In this document: positions 24,200 to 37,678 of the stretch, piece after piece
Position numbering within the stretch: the first letter of the stretch is position 1
Layout: the number at the start of each line of letters is the position of its first letter
NCBI GenBank assembly: GCA_951406725.2
Contig: OX597834.1
Span: 35,030,001 to 35,094,000 of the forward strand
Length of the DNA: 64,000 nt
Direction: 5' to 3'
Source of the DNA: Octopus vulgaris
Lineage: Eukaryota
Notes under the pieces: model-generated
Seen by the model: the letters and a program-made list of their open reading frames with translations, nothing else
Told to the model about the DNA's origin: nothing
The model's database searches: none
Program-made: the position numbers and the translations under genes

Positions 24200-24883
24200 T
24201 ATTTTGGCCAGCATGGTAAAAATTTTGCCAACTCACCACCTTATCATACAAAAAAAAAATTTAAAAAAGGGAAAGATCAAATATAACCGAGACATAAGTT
24301 TAATGAACAAAAATAACAAAACTATTGACTTACCCTTTAATATAAAGTTATTCTGCTGTGGTGCTATGGTAGTAATAATAATAATAATAATAATCCATAT
24401 ATTTTGGCAGGCATAAATGATTCCATATAATGTTCTAATGCTATGAAAGATTCCAAGAGGTACTCCGTTTAGAAACCAGATAGAATTTATCAATCATGGA
24501 TGAGGTCTGCAATAAAAAATAAAAACCACAAACATAAACATTAAAAAGATATATTGAGATTTTATGATAGTTCTACATTATTTTCTTTTTTTTTAAATTT
24601 TATATCATATTATATAAAGGTGTAGGCATGACTGTGAGTTAAGAAGTTCGCTTTCCAGCCATATGGTTTCAGTTTCAGTCCCACTGCCAGGCACCTCGAA
24701 CCTTGGGCAAGTGTCTTTTGCTATAGTTCCAGGCCAATCGAAGCCTTGTGACTGAATCTGGTAGATGGAAACTAAAAGAAGACTGCAAGTGGACATGAGT
24801 GTCCTCGGGTCAATTTGCTCAATTGGAGGCGGTACTTCAGCATGGCCACAGTCAAATGACTGAGGAATTTATATATATGATGA

Positions 24884-24921
<38 letters not shown>

Positions 24922-25094
24922 TCCTCTATTTTCATAACGAGGTCTCATTCTTTTGTTTGTAATTTTATTATTATTATTCCTTTATTCTCTTATTTGTTTC
25001 AGTCACTTGACTGTAGCCATGCTGGAGCACCGCCTCCAGTTGAGCAAACACACCAGCATTGGCTGTCAAGCAATGTTGGTGGGGACAAACATAT

Positions 25095-25137
<43 letters not shown>

Positions 25138-25883
25138 AGGCTTCTTTCAGTTTCCATCTACCAAATCCACTCACAAGGCTTTGGTTGGCCCAAGGCTATA
25201 GAAGAAGACACTTGTCCAAGGTGCCATGCAGTGGGACTGAACCCAGAACAATGCGGTCGGTAAGCAAGTTACTTACCACACATACACACATATATATAAA
25301 ATTGCAGCATAGAAGATGTTTATAAGTCATTTAAAAACACAAAAAACTCTTAGATTCACTTCAACATTTAAATTTAATTTTTGTCAAAATATTTACATTG
25401 GTTTGAAACCACGACAAACTTAGTGGTGCATCTGAGAAAGTAACAGTTAGTTCATGATTGATTGATGGTTTGATGGATGGATGTTAGTATTTAGGTATAC
25501 AAGTGTTTAGTTTTGTCTGCGTGTGTGTATATGCGTATGTACATGTAAACGTATGTTTATGTACTGATATGTGTGCCTGTTCAAGTTGTATATATTATTT
25601 ACTCTGTCGAAGGTTGTATATATATGTTCCTCTAAGAATGGATACAATGTCTGAAGATACATACATGCAAATACAAACCTACCTATACATATGTACAAGC
25701 ACACACAATCATATAAACACAAAAACACACACACACATATGTATAATCTTAAAGTATACACATATATACGCTTATCCATCTACATATATATATGTCACTA
25801 TTTTCACAGACAACGGTTAAATTCAAATATTCCTTTTTTATATTTTACACAGATATATACATATGTATGCACATACGTACATA

Positions 25884-25963
<80 letters not shown>

Positions 25964-26039
25964 CGATTTGTTTGACTAAAGGCATTGCTCCAGTATGACT
26001 GCAGTCAAATGACTGAAAATAATAAAATAATCATCATAA

Positions 26040-26353
26040 CTGGTGCTCTATCGGTTAGAACAAGGGTTCCAGTTGATCCAATCAATGGAACAGCCTGCTT
26101 GTGAAATTAACATGCAAGTGGCTGAGTACTCCACAGACACATGTACTCTTAAGCTGGTTGTCAGGGAGATTCAATGTGACACAGAGTGTGACAAGGCTGG
26201 CTCTTTGGATTACAAGTACAACGCATTTTTGCCAGCTGAGTGGACTGGGGCAACATGAAATAAAGTCTCTTGCTCATGAGCACCATCCACCACCAGGAAT
26301 TGAACTTATGACCTTATGATCATGAGCTGAGCACCCTAACCACCTAAGCCATG
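26040..26353 (-). mobile_element. tRNA-derived SINE family D
   Basis: Minus-strand head ATGGCTTAGGTGGTTAGGGTG..AAGTTCAATTCC and core CCAGTCCACTCAGCTGGCAAAAATG. Relatives are at 31400-31640 (+), 41790-42070 (-) and 55360-55500 (-). Confidence 0.7.
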
Positions 26354-27929
26354 CAAATAAGTATTATATTTGAATGCTGCAGGGTTAAGAGATGGCATGA
26401 CAAGATCAAACTAATTTTAAACATGAGGAACTTGAAGACCGAAGGGAAAAAATAACATCCAGCAATACATCGACAATGGCTGACAATGATAAACAGAGCT
26501 TTTTTTATCCACCAATGGATTGACAATAATGGCCGGCGACAAAAAGTTCCATTAAAAATACATCAAACCTTTTAAGCATGTATGTATTAGATGTTCATCA
26601 ATCACTGTACACAATGTATAATTATTGATATACGTCAATTATCATTTATCAATATGTAGTAATTTGTGTGTGTGTGACCCCATGTATCCATGCGTGTGTC
26701 CGTGTGTCCATACTTGTGTATGTATTTGTGTGTCCATGTGTCTATGTTTGTATTATGTGTGTGCTTGTGTCCATGTGTGTATACCAAAGCATGTGCATGT
26801 ATGTGAGTGTGTCTATGTATGCATGTGTGCAGTATTATATCCAAAAGGCCTCTTAAACCAAAAAGTGTTTCGTTAATGTTTGCTGCTGCTTAGCTCTACT
26901 TTCATGACATTAAGCTGATGTGAGACAGATTTTCCTCTTAGGTACAGCATTTAGTCTATCACAGGTAACTTTCCAAGATGATCTGGCGATACCTGTATCT
27001 GTAGGTTAACTGGGTTAATGAAGAATGAAATATTCTGTTTAAAAACATAACACACCTACTATGTCTTTGATTCCAAATATCTTTTACCTGTTTCAGTCAT
27101 TGGGCTACAGCCATGCTACAGCACCACCTTGAAGGGTTTTATTCAAATAAATAGACACTAGTACTTCTTTTTTTTTTTCAAAGCTTGTTATTCTGTCAGT
27201 CTCTCTTGGCCAAACTACTAAGTTACAGGGGTGTAAACAAACCAACACTGGTTATCAGTGGTAGTGGGAGACAAAGACACATACAGGTAATCACTCACTC
27301 ATACACACACAGAATGGGGTTCTTTCAGTTTCCATCTACCAAATCCACTCACAAGGCTTTGATCAACCAGGAGCTACAGTAAAAGACATTTGGCCCAGGT
27401 GTCACACAGTGGGACTGAACCCAGAACAATGTGGTTGGGAAGCAGGCTTCTTACCACATAGCCACACCTATAACATGACAATGTTTACTAGTACTCCATA
27501 ATTAAACCATTTACTGTCCCAGCTAACATTCTCCAGAAACTATTGTTGCCATGCATAATCAAAGATCCTGTTTGCAGCCCATATGGCCTTCTATGCAGGA
27601 GAAACAGGATCACAATGGGATTCCTGTTTAGATCAATATTTCCTACTTTCTATGCAACATTGTAGAAATAAGGTCTTATCTAAATAGAAAGGTAAACCCA
27701 CAACAAACAGTATGTATATGGCTATCTTCATTGACAGCCATAATATACACCATGTCTATAGCGATGTCTTCATTGATAGCAATACTACACTATACACATG
27801 GGTGATATCTTGCCTGAAGGCAACCAAAACCCTGAATGGTGGAGTTAAAGTGAATAATGAGTCTTCACTCAAAATACCATTATTAATATGCATAACGCAT
27901 ACACACATACACACATAATAGAAACTGGC

Positions 27930-28500
27930 TGGTGTAATATAATTTGTTGACTTTTATAATGGTTAGACAGCTCCATTGTGATGGTTATAAGACTATCATA
28001 ATAGTCAGACACTATTATTTTGATAGATCAAGGCTCTGCAACCTTTTTCCACTTGTGGTATGCTTATATTCTTTTCAAAATGAATATTAGAATGGTTAGA
28101 TAGACAGCTCTAATATAAGAGATAGACAACAACTATAATGTCAGATGGTTCTATTATAATGGTTAGATAGCAGGTTCTAATACAACAGCTAGATGATTGG
28201 CTCAGTTGTAATGGTCAACCATTTAGCATTTAAACTGACAATATCTGGCCAAAATATTCTGCTTTATGTTCAAACTAGCCAGATTCAGCTTCTCATACCT
28301 ACCCTACAATTTCATTCTAAAAGCAAGCTATGACATCATCAATATTCCAAAGCGAAAAGATAATGAACAATTAGTGAATAAATAAGCATTACATTGGACA
28401 CAGTAATCTGAATGCTAAATGACTTTTATAATGATTAATCATCTCTATTACAATGGTTAGATAATTATTATAATGATTTAGATAATTATTATAATAGCTA
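27930..28500. repeat. Degenerate ~22-bp minisatellite (CTATTATAATGGTTAGA-core), left part
   Basis: Repeated TATAATGGTTAGA/GACAGCT variants. The same motif resumes at 30040-30240. Confidence 0.7.
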
Positions 28501-29100
28501 GATTATTATTATTATCATCATCATCATCATCACTATAGCCTTTAAAATGATGTGGGGAAGCTTTTTATGAAAAAAATTGTTTTGAGGATTTATGGTCTTT
28601 CCATCACCCCTTCCCACCCCTATCCAATCTTTTTTTGCTGCACACTTGGGAACGGGGGGAGGGGTGGAGAGAAGCCCTTTTTTGGTAAAAAGAAAAAAAA
28701 ACATTTATAATAAAATTAATGCATAACAGAGATATCCCCGATTCATTCTCACTCTCTCCCTTAAATGTGAGTACCCATGTAGCCCACTCTACAACAAAAA
28801 CCAGCTCTACACACAACCTCTTCCCTCATACCTTAACTCCCATCTAACGTAAGGGGATATCGTACCCAACCCCTCCTCCTCCTCAGGTTTTTGCAGAGTT
28901 GCAAGCTATATGGCAACCTCAACAGTGCCAGTGGCATGGAAACAAACCACCCACTATACTCTGTAAAGTGTTTGGCATTAGGAAGGGCATCCAACGGTAG
29001 AAACCACACCCAAGAAGATACTGGAGCACTGAGTAGTCCTTGGACCCGTTGGATCCATGTTAAACCATCCAACCCATGCCAGCATGGAGCACTAACATTA

Positions 29101-29965
29101 AATGATGATGATGACAATGACGACGCCGACAACGATGATGACGATGATGATGGTGACAATGATGATGACAATGACGACAACGATGGCGATGATGACAATG
29201 ATGATGATGATGATGACAATGATGACAATGATGATGGTGACAATGATGATGGTGACAATGATGATGATGATGATGATGACAATGATGATGGTGACAATGG
29301 CGATGATGACAATGATGATGATGATGATGATGACAATGATGACAATGATTATGGTGACAATGATGATGACAATGACGACAATGATGGCGATGATGATGAC
29401 AATGACGATGACAATGACGACAACGATGGCGATGATGATGATGATGGTGACAATGATGATGACAATGACGACAACGATGGCGATGATGACAATGATGATG
29501 ATGACAATGATGACAATGATGATGGTGACAATGATGATGACAATGACGACAATGATGGCGATGATGATGATGATGATGACAATGACGATGACAACAACGA
29601 TGGCGATGATGATGATGATGGTGACAATGATGATGACAATGACGACAACGATGGCGATGATGACAATGATGATGATGACAATGATGACAATGATGATGGT
29701 GACAATGATGATGACAATGACGACAATGATGGCGATGATGATGATGATGATGACAATGACGATGACAACAACGATGGCGATGATGATGATGATGGTGACA
29801 ATGATGATGACAATGACGACAACGACAACGATGCCGATGATGACGATGATGATGATGACAATGATGATGGTGACAATGATGATGACAATGACGACAATGA
29901 TGGCGATGATGACGATGATGATGATGACAATGACGACGACAACAACGATGGTGATGATGATGATA
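29101..29965. repeat. Expanded (GAT/GAC/AAT) tract with a 174-bp higher-order period
   Basis: Begins exactly at the (GAT)n tail of a family C element (28880-29105). The block restarts at 29425, 29599 and 29773. Confidence 0.9.
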
Positions 29966-30039
29966 ACTATTATAATAGTGAGGCATTTCTTTTTATAACA
30001 GAGCGAACTCCATTTTTGTGGTTACGGTCGTTTATGGAT

Positions 30040-30240
30040 AGATAACTATTATAATAGGTAAGTACCTCTATCATGATAATTAGATTACTATTATAATAGT
30101 CAGACAGCTCTATTATGACGGTTACATAACACTATTATAATGGTTAGCTGGCTATTATTATGATCAAACAAACCTACTACAATGGTAAGAGACGACTATT
30201 ATGATAGTTAAACAGCTCTATCACAATGGTTAGATGACTC
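30040..30240. repeat. Degenerate ~22-bp minisatellite, right part
   Basis: ACTATTATAATGGTTAG variants identical in type to 27930-28500. Confidence 0.7.
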
Positions 30241-30639
30241 CACGTAACTCAACCAACCACTCCAATTTATTTTCTAAAAATAAAGTTTTTCTAAAAAAAA
30301 AAAAAATAAATAAATAAATAAATAAATAAATAAAAAGCAAAATATAATTGCAAACAACAAAATCAAATAATAAAGAAACACACAAAAATGACAGAATTTC
30401 TAAAGAAGAACCATTCCGGTCTTCTTCAATACACGTATAATCAAATTTACTAACAAGAATTGTCGAAGAATGATGTACAACAGAACCATTTGTCTATGGC
30501 AACAATTGATTTTCCACCACCCACCACCACCACACCACCACTTAAATCTTAGCAGCTTTGTCAATATGTCAAATAATGAGCTCTTATTTGCTGATTTATT
30601 GCTTATTATTAACTGGTACTGATGCTGCTGCTGTTGTTA

Positions 30640-30683
<44 letters not shown>

Positions 30684-32275
30684 ATATTTTAAACTTTTTT
30701 TTTGTTTGTTTTTACATTGCATCTGTTGAGTAAGTATCTGTAATTGAAGAAAGCTGGTTCTTAAAGCAGAGTTATTGAGGACAAATATTTATCGCTTCCA
30801 ACTGAAGAAAATTGATTTTTATCTATCCATCCATTTTCTCCATCTGTTATTTCTGGAAGGGTCATGGGGGCAGAGTCCTCAGGTACAGTTTCTTATTTCA
30901 TTATTGCTCACAAGGGGCTAAACATAGAGGAGACAAACAAGGACAGACAAAGGAATGAAGTTGATTACATCGACCCCAGTGCATAACTGGTACTTAATTT
31001 ATCGACCCTGAAAGGATGAAAGGCAAAGTCAACCTCGGCGGAATTTGAACTCAGAACGTAGTGGTAGATGAAACAACGCTAAGCATTTCGCCCAGCATGC
31101 TAATGTTTCAGCCAGCTCGCTGCCTTCCTCAAGTACAGTTTCTTAGGGTCCTATCAGAAATAGTTGTCATAACACTTTCTGGATGTGGACGTCTCCCTGC
31201 TAGCCAGCTCCATATCAAACTGTCCAACCCATGCCAGCATGGAAAGCAGATGTTAAAAAATGGTGATGATATTTTAGCATCTTTGTTTTGATTTTAACAC
31301 CCATTTAAAGCATCCAACCACAGAAACCATGCCAAAACTGACACTGGAGTTTCATGAAGCCCTATGGCTCACCAGATTTTGTCAAACCATCCAGTGGTGG
31401 GGCATGTGGTTTAGTGGTTAGGGTGTGGGGCTCCTGATTGCAAGATTGTTGTTTCAATTCCCGGACCAGACAATACATTGTGTTCTTGAGCAAAACCCTT
31501 CATTTCCTGTTACTCCAGTCCACTCAGCTGGTAGAAATGAGTAATCAGACAACAGATTTGGTATCCTATCCAGGGACAAATATATGTGCCACAGAAACCA
31601 ATCAACCAGCTCAATGAGTCTATATGACTCAGAAAGGATTCTTATTCTTCATCCCAAACCATCCAACCCATGCTAGCATAGAAAACGGATAATAAGTAAA
31701 TAGACCTTGGTTTGTTGACTTAGAGAAAGGTTTGAAATGTTGCCACATTCTATAATTTTGGCAGTCAGGTGAGAAGTTCTTGATAAATAGCTTGAAGAAG
31801 AAGGCATTAAGTTTCTGGATCAAAGAATTAGAAATAAAATCATGATTCATATCACTAGGGGAAGTCATTAAGATTCCAAAAAATGTTTACTCAAGTTCTA
31901 TTTATTTAAAAAAATTTCTATTTATCTTATTTTGCAAATTGCCAAAGAACAACATCTTTGGTTCAAGGTTTCCAATGGACCGATTACTAATATTTCATAA
32001 TATTTCTGAAGGCAAGAATGACAATGGAGTGTCTGAAGGTTGGTGCAGAGTAAATATTGCAAATAACTCATATTCAAAGAATGCTATATCTTTAGTTTGT
32101 TTGCAATCATTGGACTGCAGCCATGCGAAGACCTTGCCTTGAAGGGTTTAGTTGAACAAATTGACACCAGTTGTTTTTAGAGCCTGGTACATTTTCTATA
32201 GGGTGTCTTTTGCTGAACTGATAAGTTATGGAGATGTAAACAAACCAACATAAGTTGTCAAAATGGTGGTGAGGA

Positions 32276-32316
<41 letters not shown>

Positions 32317-32363
32317 AGAAAATAGGTGACAAAGGAATTTATTATTATCTTATGAACTTCATT

Positions 32364-32443
32364 AGCTTACAGCTGTTCCCACAATAGGATGTGTGGACTC
32401 ACGGTTGAATACCTGAGTAACACCTTACAATTTCATCAGAGCC
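32364..32443 (-). ncRNA. Type I hammerhead motif with one core substitution (GAAA to GGAA)
   Basis: Minus strand: GGCT [CTGATGA] long hairpin (ACTCA/TGAGT, AGG/CCT) [GGAA] CAGCTG [TA] AGCT. It lies in a ~140-bp insert between (TA)n tracts, with the same architecture as 18197-18271. Confidence 0.6.
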
Positions 32444-33576
32444 TCAAACCATGGTATATATATATATATAAATATATATATATATCTTCTTTTATTCTTT
32501 TACTTGTTTCAGTCATTTGATTGTGGCCATGCTGGAGGACCACCTTCAATCGAACAAATCAATCCTAGGACTTATTCTTTGTAAGCCTAATACTTATTCT
32601 ATAGGTCTCTTTTGCTGAAACGCTAAGTTTCAGGCATGTAAACACATGAACATCAGTTGTCAAGCGACGGTGGGATGACAAACACAGACACACACACACA
32701 TTATATATATATATATATATATATATACATACATGTGACAGGCTTCTTTCAGTTTCCATCTACCAAATCCTTGGTTACCCAGTTTCCATGGCATATAAGT
32801 GAATGAGAGACCAGAATCTTGCTCAAGAACCTCTATGTACCCTGTGGTCCAGGAAGCAAAACCACAATCTTTTAATCATGAGTTCAACGCCCTCACCACA
32901 AGGCCATACACCTTCATTTAGTGATTTACCAGCAAAACTAATTTATTCTGTCACCAGCAATTAATTCAAAGATATACATGTCTAGCAGCAAGACATATTT
33001 TGCATTGCTTACTACCATTGGCCCTCATAACAGTACAACTTGATGGATAGACTGCAATGTCTGAGATGTCGCTGTCAATAAAAGTATCAGCAACAGTGGC
33101 GTCACAGAAGCAAGAACAGTTTGAGAAAAACGAAAGAGCTAGATTAAGAGGAAATTGCTCCACTGGATTTTCTGATGTATCAGAGAGCTGACTTTACAGA
33201 GAAGAGGAAGAACGAACGATGTTGTATGAAGAGTCATGATTACAAGACAGACAAGGTTGTCAGGATGTATAATATACAATTATGGTATTGTTTTTTAGCC
33301 ATGAAACATAATTAAATTAATCTGACATGAATTAATGTGAAATGACAACTGATGGCTTTCATACAATGAAAATACCCTGCAGTACATATGGGACATTATA
33401 CACACACACACACACAAACACACACACACGTCTATGTGTGTTTATATATATACATACATACATACATACAAACACACACACGTCTATGTGTGTTTATATA
33501 TATACATACATACATACATACAAACACACACACACACGTCTATGTGTGTTTATATACATACATACATACATACATA

Positions 33577-33636
<60 letters not shown>

Positions 33637-33661
33637 GACACAGGCACACACATGCACATAT

Positions 33662-33693
<32 letters not shown>

Positions 33694-34339
33694 CACATAC
33701 TTGCACACATCCACATATATGCATACTAGGAAACTACTTGCTGAGTGGCAGAAAGGAGATATCACCAACAAGATGAATTACCAAGACCACCACCACCATT
33801 TACAACAACAAAGAGAAATGAACAAAAAAAAACCCCAGAAAAGTAATACAGAGAGTGACCATGTCACTGTCTCAAGTGGATCTGGTCCTAATTATTATTT
33901 GATAATTATGGCACATCTTCTAGATGTGGAAATAATTTTAACAAATCAAGAAATTTTGTTGTAACATATTTAACATACCTGTATTATTTCCCTTAGCTCC
34001 TTTTAAATTATGCAAATTACCTAGGCCATTACTGTTTTCCACTGTTTTGTATAAGTCTAAGTCCTTGGACTATTGGAGATAAGATAGGGCAACTGTCATA
34101 TTGATAATGGCTGTTGAATTAGCAACATGTCCACAACTGTCCTTTTGTCTCCAGACAATAAACCTGTCCTTTTCCTTGATGGCATGTCAGTATTGTGGAA
34201 TTCTTGATTCTTAAGATTATCTCCCCTTCTCAATTGAAGCTGTTAATAACTGTATTTGGTAATAATGATACATCCCCCAGAGGTGGAGAAATCTTTAAGA
34301 AATCTAGAATATAAGTCGTATGGTACCTGAAATTCTGAT

Positions 34340-34830
34340 AGCTGACCAGTATGTAGACAAATAAATCTAATGACCAGTTGAGAGGCAGGCAGACAGACAT
34401 AGTGACCAATAGACAAAGACAACTAGAGTGACCAGTAGAAGGAGCTAGTGATAGACTAGTGACCAGTATAAAGAACTTATGACCAATAAACAGATAGACC
34501 AGACAGCCAGAATGATCAATAGATAGATCCAATGACCAGCAGACAAAGGACTAGTGACCAGTAGATAGATAAATAGATAGATAGACCAGTTGACAGATCC
34601 AGAGCCCAGAAAGAGAGACAGGCCAAGTGACCAATAAACAGACAGATCTAATGACCAGTAAACAGACAGACAGATTGACCAGTAGATAGACAGAGCTTAA
34701 GGACTAGTACATGGATAGGCCTAGTGACTGCTAGACAGACTAAGGCACCAGCAGACAGCCAGAAAGAGACAGACCTAGTGACCGGAAGACAGACAGACAG
34801 ACAAATAGTCCCAATGACCAGTAGACAGTC
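34340..34830. repeat. Degenerate minisatellite (CTAGTGACCAGTAGACAGACAGA-like units)
   Basis: TGACCA(G/A)TA(G/A)ACAGA recurs about 15 times at a 20-30 bp spacing. Confidence 0.8.
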
Positions 34831-37265
34831 AGAGAGACAGAAGAATGCAATGAGGAGTTGGTCATTACAAAACAAGAACCCACTTATTTAAGCATCTGAA
34901 GTTGGACATTTTTAATGTAATGGAATAATAAATAGCTGGCCTTTCTGGAGGCCATCACTGGAAAAAGAAATGATTGGTGTTTGGTGGAGGACAATGACAA
35001 CAATAACAGCATCATCATCATCATCATAGGGGAACTCTTAGATTTCAGATGCAACGCAAACTGACAGGAGCAAGGAGGTGGAGGAGGAGGAGGGGCCGAA
35101 GGCAAGGCAGAATTGTAATTGTTCAGTTCTAAACAGAAAGAAGCCAGCTTTTTCTATTTTTAAATGAGTTATTGTTCCAGATGATCACATGAGTAAGAAC
35201 AATATATCATCATCATCACCACCACCACCACCACCAAGCTCATCATCATTTTTGTTGTTGTCATCATTGTCATTTTTTTTTTTCCAGCTATTTTTACATT
35301 CAGGAATGGAAAAAAACAGACATAAATTAGAAGTGGCCCCACCACTTGTTGCAGTCCTTTATCAGTTGACACACAAAGAAAACTCTCTCGGCAATCTTTG
35401 TTGTTGTGAATGGGGATACTTTATAATGGTGTTTTCTTTGTATATTTTGCTTTGTTTTTTTTTTAACTATTTACCCTGTCCACACCTTTGGACCACTTCT
35501 CCCATGTTCACCTTTGTATAACTTGAGGATATACCTTCACCCTCTCTTCACCATCTTCTCTCTTTTTCCAACAGGAGAAACCATGTATTTAGGCTAAAAG
35601 ACACTTCTGTCCTATCATCACCTACCATTACATCCTCCTCCCTCATCACCAAGCATAAAGCCACCTTCCTTACTACTACTACTACTACTCACATACAACC
35701 TCAGTCGAGGAGGGGGTCTTGTCTTGTAAGTTACTTGGTGATGTCACTAATGCTGGTGCTACATAAAAAACCCACCTAATACACTCAGTGAAGTGGTTGG
35801 TATTAGGAAGGGCATCCAGCTGTAGAAACCATCCCAAAGCTGACACTGGATTTTGGCACAGTCTTCTGGTTCATCAGCTTCTATCAAACTGTCCAACCCA
35901 TGCCAGCAGGGAAAAGACAAATGATGATGGTGACGATAATGTCCTTCTTACCATCTACCGTTTTTACAACATGGGCTAGGTGGATTTTAATGCGTCACCA
36001 TCATGAAAGAGTTTGTCTGTAAGTATTGAAAAGTTCCCTGTACACCACACCAGTTTTTGCTGAAAGTTCCTACTCTTCAAGACAAGTTGGGTCTTCACTT
36101 CAGCATGTGGATTCCATGTATCCTCTGTTCCTTCTTCCTGTTTGATGTGGTTTGCTTTTTTACAGATGGATGTCCTTCCTATCACCAACTGTTTTACAGC
36201 TTTAACTAAGTCTATTTTAACATGCTACTTGCATCAGAGAAGTTGACAGCAGTGTGTGTGTGTGTGTCCCTGCCTTGTTTATATTTGTGTTCACTTCTTT
36301 GAAAGTCACAAATTATGAGCAGTGATGATGTTACTTCTATCAACAAATTTCCCACTGGCTTCACACCTTTGACGCCATGCAGTATAAGAGAGCCTTCACT
36401 TGATAAACAGGCATGGGTTAGTGACAGAGAAGACATTCAACTGTAAAACAATACCCCAGTAACATATTGCTGGAATCCATACTAGAACAGAAAAACACAA
36501 ATGTAAAATCAATTGAATGAAAAAAATGACAAAAGATCTTGAAAGAATGTTGTTTGGGTAAAATAATGAAATAGTTTTTAGAGCAGGGAATCCTGAATCT
36601 GTTTGTATCATAATAATTCTAATTTAGTCACAATGACAGCAGTTTTGTGTAGAGTGTGGGCTTAGGCAATTAAACGAACCCTTTAGCATTCAGATTACTG
36701 TCCAATGTCATTGTATTGTGGTATCAACCACATAATAAGATGTTGTTTTACATCACTGATCACAATACACTTCATACAATTTTAGCTTTCAAATGATGTC
36801 ACCCTGTTGGCAAGGTGACCAGGCTGACATTCTCCTTGATTGGAAGACTTGAACTCAAAACATAAAGACAGACGAAATGCTCAGCATGCTTACAATTCTG
36901 TTGGCTCGCCACCTTTAATAATAATGGTTTCAAATTTTGCCACAAGGGCAGAAATTTTGGGAGGATAGATGAGTCAGAAACATTGACCCAGTGTTTCACT
37001 GGTACACAATTTATCGACCCTGAAAGGATAAAAGGTAAAGTTGACCTTGGTGGAATTTGAACTCAGAATGGAGTGATGGGTGAAATACTGCTAAGCATTT
37101 CATCCAGCATGCTAACAATTCTACCAGTTTGCCTCCTTAATAACAATCTATTATAATAATACTCGTGTATTTCTCCGTCACAACTGGGGTTGATTCATTT
37201 GATTAACTCTTCAAGTGGTGCTTGATAAAGATAAAGAAAAATAAAAGAATATTCTACAAAAGAAT

Positions 37266-37678
37266 AGGCGCAGGAGTGACTGTGTGGTAAGTAGCTTGCT
37301 TACCAACCACATGGTTCTGGGTTCAGTCTCACTGCGTGGCACCTTGGGCAAGTGTCTTCTACTATAGCCTCGGGCTGACCAAAGCCTTGTCAGTGGATTT
37401 GGTAGACAGAAACTGAAAGAAGCCTGTCATATATATGTATATATATATGTGTGTATGTGTGTGTGTATGTTTGTGTGTCTGTGTTTGTCCCCTCAGCATT
37501 GCTTGACAACCGATCATGGTGTGCTTACGTCCATGTAACTTAGCAGTTTGGCAAAAGAGAACCGATAGAATAAGTACTAGGCTTACAAAGAATAAGTCCT
37601 GGGGTCGATTTGCTCGACTAAAGGCAGTGCTCCAGCATGGCTGCAGTCAAATGACTGAAACAAGTAAAAGAGTAAAAA
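37266..37678 (+). mobile_element. SINE family A (full-length)
   Basis: Colinear with 1392-1800. Confidence 0.9.

Noticed and set aside
28891-30045. 384-aa Asp-rich biomineralisation-like protein
   Set aside because: The ORF starts at TTG inside a retroposon and the acidic part is its expanded (GAT)n tail; there is no signal peptide.
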